From contig OZ024740.1 of assembly GCA_964016885.1 (NCBI GenBank), positions 292,206,001 through 292,270,000 of the forward strand: a DNA stretch of 64,000 bases. Reading direction: 5' to 3'. Shown here piece after piece: positions 52,723-64,000 of this stretch. The notes below the pieces were generated by a model. That model was given only the letters and a program-made list of their open reading frames with translations. It searched no databases and was not told where the DNA came from. Source of the stretch: Eledone cirrhosa. Lineage: Eukaryota. Both the position numbers and the translations under genes were made by a program. The stretch's first letter is position 1; each line of letters starts with the position of its first letter.

Positions 52723-52815
52723 CCATCTATGTTTTTTTTATTTTTCTCATGACAGGCTGAAGAAATTAGGGCCTAGAACCTAACGAAACTTGAGTACCTG
52801 TTTATATCACTGTTG

Positions 52816-52870
<55 letters not shown>

Positions 52871-52874
<4 letters not shown>

Positions 52875-52976
52875 GTTTCTACGTTAGGCACAAGGCCAGC
52901 TAATACCCAGTGTATTACTGGTACTTTATTTTATCGACCCCGTAAGGATGAAAGGCAAAGTTAACCTCGGCGGGAT
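52871..52976 (-). mobile_element. Truncated family A SINE in (TA)n
   Basis: Near-identical to 51948-52052. Confidence 0.85.
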
Positions 52977-53066
52977 ATATATAATATATATTTATTATTA
53001 TCAAAATGTGATTATAGTGTAGTACTATTATCTTTGGTAAGGTGAGAGAAGCTCTATACACATTAC

Positions 53067-53130
<64 letters not shown>

Positions 53131-53307
53131 AGAAGATCGGCTATTTAAATACCAGGATAAATTTTCTTTTAGTCCAGAATTAGCCGTCGAAACGGCTTGA
53201 GCTCAGCTGTCGGGGTCTTACTGGTTCCTATTACCCACTCTACTACCTCAAGTATTGAGTACTTTGGTGCGTTATGGTCCACCTGGTTCCTTACCACATT
53301 TCCTTCG

Positions 53308-53384
<77 letters not shown>

Positions 53385-53708
53385 TATAAATTTGTGTGCT
53401 GTATATTTCCAGTAAAGGAGACTTGTTTATCCCTAATTGCATTCTATCATCCCACTCAATCATCTCGTACTTGCTAGTTCAACACCGCAATATAGCTTAT
53501 TGTTCTCCAACCAATGTGTATTCTATTTTTACGATTGCATCATCACTTCTCCTCCACCTCAGCCTCTCTCAGTACCGATACATTACACTATTATACTTTC
53601 TTTACCCCTCTCGTTTATCGTCTTCATTCTTTGTCTTTTACACTTTCAATCTCATCTCACTGTCCTCTTCCTCTCACTTTTCCCCTCGCGGTAAAAGCGG
53701 CGTCACAT

Positions 53709-53733
53709 ATTCGAGAAAGTTCTCGATATTTCC
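53709..53733. promoter_or_regulatory. Heat-shock element (HSF site)
   Basis: aTTCgaGAAagTTCtcGATatTTCc: five alternating nGAAn units with one mismatch, in a CpG-containing island with nearby TATCGAT (53743) and GCGGAAGT (53820). Confidence 0.65.
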
Positions 53734-54317
53734 GAGACAGACTATCGATTTTTCTGGCTACTACCACCACCACCATTACTAACCTACCGCCAATATTATT
53801 ACTATTACTACTAGTTAAAGCGGAAGTATATCTAACAAATATTGTTGACAGCTGAAGCAACTTGTAAGATTGGAAGACAAAGGTGTCTGGAGTGAAGAAG
53901 ATTGAGAGAAGAAAGCAGGGAGAAGTATAGTCGCATGTGTAACTTTACTACGACACATATACTATAGTAATATAGTAAGGTTATAGAAACCACTACTCCT
54001 ACTACTACCTGAGTGGGCACCTCCTCCTTCCACTGTAAACTATAGCTATCTACTAGACCTTCTCTCAACATCATCCTCTCTCTTTCTTTCTATTTGGGGG
54101 AGGGGGCCTATCATTCTCTCTCTGGCTTTCTATTTCTGCTTGAGTGGGCGCCTCCTTCTTCCACAGTGAACTACATCTATCTACTAGACGTTCTCTCAAC
54201 GTCATCCTCTCTCTCTCTGCTAGAGTGTAGCTTTTCCTACTCGCTCAGTTGCAGACTACTACGTTTAGTCTTCAAATTGTTTTCCTCGAAGGATTCATTT
54301 ATATACTAGCGCCAACA

Positions 54318-54449
54318 ATGCCTGGTGATCAGAGAGAAGAAAGAATTCCGTCCAACATGAAGGACTTGCTCAAGTTTTGTATGGAAAAGACAAAGGCAGA
54401 AGATGCTCCTAGTGCTGGTGCAGCCCAAGACAACGAACTCGGTTCAGAA
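54318..54449 (+). CDS. HSPBP1: Probable first coding exon of Hsp70-binding protein 1 (Fes1-type nucleotide exchange factor)
   Basis: GCCAACAATG start; MPGDQREERIPSNMKDLLKFCMEKTKAEDAPSAGAAQDNELGSE resembles the HSPBP1 N-terminal P.N...LL.F.ME.TKAEDAP motif; phase-0 donor GAA|GTGAGT; upstream acceptor ..ttttcctcgaAG at 54291. Further exons not found in the window. Confidence 0.72.
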
Positions 54450-54574
54450 GTGAGTAGATTCTGGTCATATTGTTATTTCTTTATTTCTACCATATCCCAT
54501 GGTCATTCTGGCAAATTACATTTATTTGACCATATATACATTATTTACTATTTACTCGACATCGTAACATAGGT

Positions 54575-56410
54575 GTTGAACGGGTCTATACAGAAATATA
54601 GATGTTTAAACAGGTCTATACTATATAGATGTTTAAGCAGGTCTCCACTAAACAAAATAGTTGTGTTAATCGAATGTAGATGTGTAAATACAGCTACTAC
54701 ACAACATAGATGCGTAAATGGAACTTTACTATACAACATAGATGTGTAAACGGGTCTTTACTACACAACATAGATGTGTAAACGGGTCTTTACTATACAT
54801 CATAGATGTTTAAACGGGTCTTTACTACACAACATAGATGTGTAAACGGGTCTTTACTATACATCATAGATGTTTAAACGGGTCTTTAATACACCACATA
54901 GATGTGTAAACGGGTCTTTACTATACATCATAGATGTGTAAACGGGTCTTTACTATACATCATAGATGTTTAAACGGGTCTTTAATACACCACATAGATG
55001 TGTAAACGGGTCTTTACTACACAACATAAATGTTTAAACGGGTCTTTACTACACAACATAGCTGTTTAAACGGGTCTCTATTATACAAACGGGTCTCTAT
55101 TATACAACATATATTCTTGTATTTTAAAATAGTTGTGTTAATCGAATGTAGATGTGTAAATACAGCTACTACACAACATAGATGCGTAAATGGAACTTTA
55201 CTATACAACATAGATGTGTAAACGGGTCTTTACTACACAACATAGATGTGTAAACGGGTCTTTACTATACATCATAGATGTTTAAACGGGTCTTTAATAC
55301 ACCACATCGATGTGTAAACGGGTCTTTACTATACATCATAGATGTGTAAACGGGTCTTTACTATACATCATAGATGTTTAAACGGGTCTTTAATACACCA
55401 CATAGATGTGTAAACGGGTCTTTACTACACAACATAAATGTTTAAACGGGTCTTTACTACACAACATAGCTGTTTAAACGGGTCTCTATTATACAACATA
55501 TATTCTTGTATTTTAAAATAGTTGTGTTAATCGAATGTAGATGTGTAAATACAGCTACTACACAACATAGATGCGTAAATGGAACTTTACTATACAACAT
55601 AGATGTGTAAACGGGTCTTTACTACACAACATAGATGTGTAAACGGGTCTTTACTATACATCATAGATGTTTAAACGGGTCTTTAATACACCACATCGAT
55701 GTGTAAACGGGTCTTTACTATACATCATAGATGTGTAAACGGGTCTTTACTATACATCATAGATGTTTAAACGGGTCTTTAATACACCACATAGATGTGT
55801 AAACGGGTCTTTACTACACAACATAAATGTTTAAACGGGTCTTTACTACACAACATAGCTGTTTAAACGGGTCTCTATTATACAACATATATTCTTGTAT
55901 TTTATTTTATTTTCCGAAGTTTACAAATTGTTTATAGTTCTTACAGAATGAAAATATAACAGATGTTTAAACGGCTCTCTACTATATAACATGTTTAAAC
56001 GGATCTCTACTCTATAACAGATGTTTAAACGGGTTTCTACTATACGACATAGACGTGTAAATATAGCTACTACAAAACATGAGTAAACTGGCTTTACTAT
56101 ACAACATGTATATATGTTGTGTAACACAACAGATATTTAAATGGGTCTCTACTATACAATGTAGATGTGTAAATAGAACTACTCTACATGTGTAAACGGG
56201 TCTCTTCTACACAACATAAATACAGTTGTATAAATAACATTACAAATTGTTCATATAGAATGAAAATATAACGTAGATGTTTAAACGGGTCTCTACTACA
56301 CAACATATATGCTTAAATGAAGCTACTACATAACATAGATGTGTAAATAAAGCTACTACACTACATAGATATGTAAATAAAGCTACTACTATACAACATA
56401 GATGTTTAAA
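54575..56410. repeat. 32-bp minisatellite with ~390-470 bp higher-order blocks (intronic)
   Basis: Unit CATAGATGTGTAAACGGGTCTTTACTACACAA; marker aaaatagttgtgttaatcgaatg recurs at ~54655, 55126 and 55516. Confidence 0.92.
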
Positions 56411-58061
56411 TTAAGTTACACAAACTACACATCTTTGTACCTTCTATACAATAATAGTTTAATAAAGATCCTATTTTATTCTATATGATTCAAGTTCAGA
56501 TTTTAAAAGTTTTCTTTGCAGTTATTTACAGCCACTATACGTTTATTTTCTGTTTAATAGTATCATGTTGCTAAAACTTAAATACTATTAATATAACATT
56601 AACTCTGATCTCATTATTTTCAAACACACGTGTGTGTATGTGTGATAAAGTCTGTCTTTAAATTGTTTTTTTTTTCTAATGCCATAAAAAACCTCTCAAC
56701 AATGGGATGGTCATGGCTGGAACTCAGCCGAGTCTAAACAATACAATAACTGAAGAAATGAATATATTCTATATATTTCTGCAGAAGAATTTCTATGTTG
56801 AAATTAATGTCGTGTCTTTTTGGACAATATGGTGACTGCTTTCGACTTTGTCAAAGTAATGAAATAATCTCTAAGCTATACTTAATGAATTCTTCTTACA
56901 GAATGAAAATATAAACACATATAATAAATAACAGTTAATTATTGCTAAGAACCTTATATAATGCACAAAATTATATGAAGAAAAAAAAAAACTTTAATTC
57001 ACCACACGAGTCATTGGAAATTTTAGAGGCTAAGCTTGTTATCTCATTACGTTTTATAATTTATTAAATATCGACACAAGCTGTTTATTCAGATACAAGT
57101 TGTCTTCTTTTTTCATTATTTTGTTTAATCTTATAAATCCATAGACCCTTCTTGAAACATACGTTTAAAGTATGAGTCAACGAGGGAACAACTAAGCACT
57201 CATTCAACCAGTTAGAAATAGGAGTCAAATCTCCGTCATATCGCACCCGAGGAATGACACATTGGATAACATAGTATTTGATACACCTTGGCTGAAAAAA
57301 AAAGATAGTTTAGTGACGGCTGAAATGTCTTGAATCATAAACCTGCTCAGTGATGGCTGACCTGGGGTTAAATAGCATGTTTAAAGTACTTATTTATCTT
57401 CCCTGGAAGGTTGCTTTTCCACTAATTTAATTTCAAGTCAGTTCAGTAATAATTAGTAATATATTTGTAACATTACATAATACCGATAATATGAAGAGGA
57501 AATCGATCGTCAACATTACAGCAATCGATAATCTATCCATATTCTAGACAGAATATAGTATTGTGCAGTTAACCGATCGCCGAAAAAGCTAACTCTTTCA
57601 ATCACTGCTTATTTTCAATAAATATATTTTAATTGTGTAATATTCCTATAGTGTTCATATTAAAATGTTTATCGTCTTTCGAGGTAGTAGTTTAATTTAG
57701 ATTGAATTTTTTTTTCAATAGATATATTAATTTTGAAAAGTTTATTCCGTTAACATTGTTATATAATGGATTAAGATCTATTGTAAAACAACATTGATTA
57801 TGAAACAGTGCCATTTTAGACTACGGAATGGACAAGGAACTTCTCGAAAAACAGTGGTCTTCAACATTTTATGCCGCATGCACCTTTTCACCATATTTCG
57901 AACGTACATCTAAATAATATTCCAATGATGTTGATGTTGAAATTCTTTTATTTGTTTTATATTATATTAGGACATTAACATTTATTTTGATTATTTTTAT
58001 AATGGTGTTTTACAAACTTAATAGCTAAAGAAAATGTTGATGAATTTTAAAATCGAATAAT

Positions 58062-58105
<44 letters not shown>

Positions 58106-60124
58106 CTATAACTAGTCGCCGAACAGACCAAAGTTACTGAAGCATATTTTTATAAACAAAATGTTCAATAGAATGCCATGATATTGTAGGTAGATGATTT
58201 TATTCTGAAGATTACATTCAGTGAGAAACCTGTAATTGTTTTTTTGTTTTGTTTTTTTCCTTCCCAATACATGAAGGAATATTTAAAAAGGCAGTGCACA
58301 CTTCTACGTTGCCTTGTTTTCATTTGAAGTATGTTGATACAAATGGGCGTAATGTATGAACTACTGTCACTTTTGGATAAGAACCGCACGTACACGAATG
58401 GCAAGAATTCTGTGATTAATTTCGCATCAAATGACAATTCAAATAGAATCCACTCTCAATGCGATGATTTTTTTTAAATCTCTAAATTCAGGAAAATATC
58501 CAAATTTCTTTACTACTGCAGTCAAATTTTCCTAAATTTTATCTTTTGAAAATTCTGGAAAAACGTGGCCTTTATCTTCAGCAGTGAGATTTGAGGACAA
58601 TTTCTCAAATATTGCGACATTTTTAATACTGATCTTTCTTTTCCAGTTTGTTTAAGAAAGTTTTCAAAGAGTCAATGAATTTTGTGACGTTTATATTTCT
58701 TCCTTGTGTCTGAAGACTCAGTTTATTCAGTTGCTCAAACCTATCAAGCAAGGCAAGGTGCACAGTTTTTTCCTTATCATTCAGCCAATTAAAAGATTCC
58801 ATCTTAACTTGAACTTCAAGAAATAATTTGAAGTCGTCTCTAACCTTAAATTATCATTGTTAGATTTCCCCACGGAATTCATTGTATATTTATTTGGAAA
58901 AGAAGCAGGTGATGGCCTGCATCTGTAACTGCTTGAAAAGTTATGAGAGCTACTTTCACACAATTTCCATATTGATTTGATCCCAAACCTTCCTTAGTGG
59001 AGTCAGAAGTATTTTGCCTTGCACTTGCAATTTCTTATAACTATCACAGAACAGTAATATAAAGTTTATATATTATATATAATAGTTACCTGGATGAATG
59101 TATTTACTAACATATTCAATTCTTAAAGTTAAAATGTAACATTATTCATCTATGAGTAAGCTATGATTTTGTTACTGCTTTGAATTACATTTTAGTTCAA
59201 AGTTCTTGATTAATTATGTAAGGACAGAAAATGCAACTATGTTTTTTTTTAATACAAGAATATTACAAAAATATGTTTAAAAAATGAGTAAAATTTTACA
59301 GGTAAAGGTAATTGGAGATTATTTTAAGAATAAAACATTAAGATTTGCCTTCAATTTATTCGGTGATCTTGAAATTTTCACAAATACTTTTTCCATATTG
59401 CCCATTTAGCTTTCTTTTCAGCCTTACCAATTGTTTGTATCTGGAGTGCATAAAACCACAATGACATCAAGCTGTACAATATTACCCCCAGAATAACAAG
59501 ACAACCCAGAATACACAGTGAAAAGGTTTTGTGTGAAAATGTAATGCAAAAAAACAAGCAAATTACTTTTAGCTCCTTGTAGACTATATACATTGCACCT
59601 TCATTTTATATACATTTACAGTGTACTATTTATTTTGTAGGCCCAGTATAATCACTTGCTGGCTTTTCATGCTGTTTTCATGGAAATCAGCTCAATTTAT
59701 ACATGAGTATATAAAGTGTTTGTGTGGCCAATCCTTGATATCATAAAAAAAATGTGCGTTAAATAATGTTGGTGTGTGTGTATAATAAACTTTGTGAGCA
59801 TGAGAGAGAATTATAAATTAAAGGATGAAGCTTTTATGTAATACTTAATTTCAGTTTCTTTCTCCAATTAAGAAGATTTCAGTTAAGAAGTTTTTGCAAG
59901 CAGCAGTTAGTTTATCATTTAACTTATCTATATTTATGTCATATCCAGGCTCAATTTGTGGAGAAGCAGGAGGTAGAAACTCCATAACAGTACATCCAAT
60001 GTAAAGTTTGAGTGTACAAGAGTTGTAGCAGGATGACAGGTAGTCTAACAGACAAGAAATTTTCTGTGTAGTTGATACTCTAAGGTAGTAGTGAACACCA
60101 GTGAAATAAACTCCAATCCAAAGA

Positions 60125-60520
60125 AGGCTCCATAGAAGCAATTGATAGCTTCTGTTACCTAAGTGAGTAAATTAGCAGTGGAGGAGAGTAGCCAGAGTAA
60201 GGGGGGGGGGGGGTTCCGGGAGCCACAAGTTCTTCTAGAAACAAGGAGTTTCTCTTTAAGAGTATGAAGTGTTAAGTTTCATGGTAGTAAAACATAGCTA
60301 ATAAATGCACAGTATATGAAGTTAGTATGTTCTGTTGGACCTATGTCAGTGTGAATCATTGATGAAGCATATATAAGTTAAAGGTAAAACTGGATATGAA
60401 GAATCATATGTAGTGTGCAAGAGATTGCATTGATATAGACATATGACATGTATGGATGAGGATTATTAGACAAAAAAAATGACAGATGCTCCAATTAGAA
60501 GGTAACTGCAGAAGAGGATT
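60125..60520 (+). mobile_element. Degenerate RTE-clade LINE fragment (post-RT region)
   Basis: EAIDSFCYLSE*ISSGG...VARVR...FRE...HGSKT. Confidence 0.55.
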
Positions 60521-60529
60521 TAATAATTA

Positions 60530-60985
60530 TGAAAATATTGTTTAGATTCAACCCTAATTTGTATGTCGGTTTCATCAGTCGATGAACTAATTACAAAAAT
60601 ATTCCCCAATTTTCATGACCACCAAGAAAACTGCATGCGTTTACATAAAAGGATAATATTTGTACCAAAAATATCACTGCCAATAGCATAAACATTTAAC
60701 TGTGAGATTAGATTTCAGTAGATTTATAAATGTATAGATTCAGTTCCAGACTCATGGGAAGCTGTCAACCATTCTGTTGAATTCTTTGGTACCTCCTGCT
60801 CTTCCACCACACCCTTTCCTCTTAAGAGTAGAAGATACCATTATGTTGTTATAGAATCTTGGATAGGCTTCAGCTACATATGTAATAGCACTAGACTAAT
60901 GGTTAAAAATTAATGCTTCATAATTCAGTCAACTATTCTAACTGGTTGTTCCATGGGGGAATGCTTTTATACTCAAAATAAAGGT
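60530..60985 (+). mobile_element. Helitron PIF1-like helicase relic
   Basis: SVDELITKIFPN...IYKCIDSV...LPPHPFLLRVEDTIMLL*NL...CNSTRLMVK...TILTG, with stops and frameshifts. Confidence 0.65.
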
Positions 60986-61134
60986 TCATCATGTTCTGAA
61001 AACTAGTCTCACTCTCTTTCTCTTTCTCTCTCTCTACACACACACACGCACACGCGCACGCACACACACACACACATAATGTACATACATATATCAAGCT
61101 TACAATATTCTAAATAATTGAAGTTGGTGTCCAG

Positions 61135-61210
61135 CAGCTCTGTAGCGTAGTGGTGAATGCACTTGCCTGGCATCTGAAAGATGTGAGGTTTGATACCTTG
61201 CAGGTACCTC
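61135..61210 (+). pseudogene. tRNA-derived pseudogene or SINE head
   Basis: A-box TAGCGTAGTGG and B-box GGTTTGATACC present; anticodon and acceptor stems broken. Confidence 0.5.
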
Positions 61211-61367
61211 TGTCCATTTCTTTTTCCATCTTCAGGGTTACTTTACCTTATTTTCTCAACTATTATATATAGCGACTGGCTATAACATGGTCATTAGTAT
61301 TGAGACACGCATTTCAAATTTTCCTATTTCTTAAGTCAACTACTTTGTTTTTATATATATATATATG

Positions 61368-62248
61368 CAGGGTGCGGACGATATTTGTTCGCAAGATTAC
61401 TGTCTAGGTAAAAATAACACAGTAGTTTTATTTTTTAAGATTTATTTATCAAACTTGGGTCAGTTTGTCTTCATGACTTGTTCTTTTGATCTCACTCGAT
61501 AGATCCGCCATTGGCTTTGATGGCGGCCTCGGAACCGGCTACAGGCCTTCGTCACTGTCCCCCGACTTAGGCCCCTAAAGGCACTTGTGATCTTGGCCTT
61601 CAGATCGTCTTTCGAATTGCAGCTAGATCTGTTGGTGTCTCGTTTCACTGCGCCCCACACAAAGAAGTCGAGGGAGTTGCAGTCAGGCGAGCTGGGAGGC
61701 CAGATGTCAGGTGAAGTGTGGTCGACGAAGTTCTCTGACAGCCAGGCTTGGGTCTTTCGGCTGGTATGGCAGGGCGCTGAGTCTTGCTGCCACACATACG
61801 GTCTACCTGCAGCTACCTGGTCGATCCAGGGCTTTACTACTTCGCTCAGAACGCGGATGTAGCCATCGGTGTTCAGCTTGAGGCACTCGGGGAAGAAGTG
61901 AGGTGGCATGAAGTCACCTTGACTGCTAACGACACCTAAGACCAATGTTGTCGCTGGAAACTTTGTCTACATGACTCTGGGCACGTCTTTGGATGAGACA
62001 GCGAGCCACCTGTTGTTCTGGGAGTTGATCTTCTGGTCTTATTTGTCCTCCCGGTGCAGATTCCAAGAAGAACTCCGTGTCTCTTCCACAAATTTGGAGG
62101 TTCAAAATTATTCATAATCAATTATTCTGAAAATAAATAATGGAAATATAGTCACTATTTTTATGAAGACAAGAGTGACAACAGAAGTAAGAAAAATTTG
62201 CATAAAATTAGCAGTTGAAAATTGCGAACAAATATCGTCCGCACCCTG
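61368..62248 (-). mobile_element. Internally deleted Tc1/mariner transposon, DD37D (maT) family
   Basis: Perfect 27-bp TIRs CAGGGTGCGGACGATATTTGTTCGCAA in (TA)n; ORF 61460-61945 with WQQDSAPCH...WPPSSPDCNSLD (37 residues between the aspartates). Confidence 0.9.
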
Positions 62249-63214
62249 TATATATATATATATATCATCATTGTCGTTTTAATGTTTGCTTTACCTACTA
62301 GCAATGGTTGGATGTGTCCATATAAACCAATTCAGTACTGAAGCGGAGCCACTGATCTCCTTGGCAAGTCAGGAGCCTGTATGGTCTCACGTTCTATCGA
62401 GTGCTCAGGAGAGGTTCTCATGCCTTTGACACAACTGAGGGTCCTCCCAACCACTTTACAGTGTGCATGAGTGCATTTATCATGTAACTCACCAATGTTA
62501 GTAAGGTTGTCATGTCCTTGACATGGTTGAAGGATCCTCCTGATCCTTTGTCTGGCGAACTTTCTATGACTAGATGCCCTTCCTATCACCATATACAATG
62601 CTTATGTATAGTAAACATACATTTAGTCTTGTGAGTATTTAAAGCTGTGATCATATCGCAGCTATCTTGGTATTGATGTAAGAATGCTGTGTACATGTAT
62701 TTCAGATACTCACCATATCATCAGCTGTACTGCTTTTCACCTTGCATGAAATACTAAAAAATAGACCAAATGGTTCTACTTCTTACAGATGGAGAGAAAG
62801 CATTGTAGGTTTAAGTTTTCCAAACCTTGGTTCCGTAGCATGATAGTTCCCTATTCCTACACCTCACCAAGACATTGAATACACACACACATATATATTA
62901 TGCTGGTACCACAAAACATCCAGCACACACTGTCAATGTGGTTGGCATTTGGAAGAGCATCCAGTCGTAGAAAACCAGCCCACACTGTAAAGTGGACGTG
63001 TAAAAGTCATGGCAAAAAGCACCCAGCACACACTTCCAACGTGGTTGGCGTTAGGGAGGGCATCTAGCCATAGAAAACCAGCCAGTAACACTCCTATATG
63101 AATGAGACACGGTCACCCGGCCTAACTTGCCTCTAAAGGGGACAAACCTGTCTACCCCATGTTAGCATGGAAGATAGACGTTAATCGATGGTGATGATGA
63201 TGACATCAGTAAGC

Positions 63215-63970
63215 ATAGCCATTTTCCAGATGACAGTAGAGTTCTGTCTTCTTTCTTGCTGACTAAAACTTTGATCTTTGCTAGGTTTACTTTTAAACCT
63301 CTTGGTTCTTGGTTTTTTTTCTTCTCTAAACCTTCAACAGATTTAGCTATAAGAACTAGGTTACAGGCACATAGGAGTTCCCATGGATGGTCAGTCTTAA
63401 ACTCTTTTGTTATGCCCTGAACAACTAGCTATAATAAACCAAAATGTTAAATTCATCACTAGATTCATTGCTAACTCTTTTGAATGATATCTTTGTACAT
63501 GGCTTTCATAGCTCTCATAAAGAATTCCTCTACATTGAATTTTCTTAGTGACCACCAGTACCTTGTCAAAGGCTTTTTCTGGTTTAATAAAGTTTTTTTT
63601 ACTCTTAGTTAAGAACTGAAGTTCTCTCACTAGGAAGAAGATATTAGTGTATTCCATTTTAACATAAATCCAAACTGCATCACATTTAAGCTACTTCCCT
63701 TCTTAACTAGTTGTGTTTTCTTCTGTATCATAACTTTGTCCTTCAATTCGATGACTCTAGTTTAGTTGTCTCTTTCTTGAGCAGCAGTTGCTGCATGACA
63801 CTGTGATGCAACTCATTTTATATGACACCTCCCTCTACTACCTCATTGATAGCACAACTAACAAATGCCTGTCTCATTCGTCTGAATATTTTCAGCATCA
63901 CACAGTTTATTCTTACTGTATATATAACTGTCTACTTGAATAGTTGGCCTCTTTGTTAGATCTACATAGA
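63215..63970 (-). mobile_element. Degenerate RTE-clade LINE RT fragment
   Basis: Minus strand VRELQ...EKAFDKV...PWELLCACNLVLIAKSVEGLEKK (decayed YADD region). Confidence 0.6.
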
Positions 63971-64000
63971 GTAGGCCCTCTTTTTTCCAAGTGTTTCCTC

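Noticed and set aside
61135-61210. Functional tRNA gene
   Set aside because: Anticodon and acceptor stems do not pair.

Overview
Eukaryotic, repeat-saturated genomic DNA. The tRNA-derived SINEs, (TA)n/(ATGT)n microsatellite load and Penelope-like elements suggest an octopus/cephalopod genome (inference, not searched). Main contents: (i) three Penelope-like retroelements (PLEs) with inverted 5' pseudo-LTRs (pLTRs): one with an uninterrupted 920-aa RT+GIY-YIG ORF (7098-9860) and two Naiad-type copies (33760-36135; 37789-40830), plus a Naiad relic; (ii) about 16 type-I hammerhead ribozyme (HHR) motifs, intact or degenerate, mostly in short ORF-less pLTR modules next to (TA)n tracts; (iii) a ~320-nt nested RNA-like structure in the unusually long 3' UTR of one Naiad; (iv) a 13.9-kb 19/22-bp satellite array (18724-32577); (v) fragments of R4/Dong-like, CRE-like and RTE LINEs, hAT MITEs, a DD37D (maT) transposon and a Helitron; (vi) the probable first coding exon of HSPBP1 with an upstream heat-shock element. 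Nearly all other listed ORFs are microsatellite artefacts. All structures and family assignments were made by eye, and boundaries of degenerate elements are approximate.
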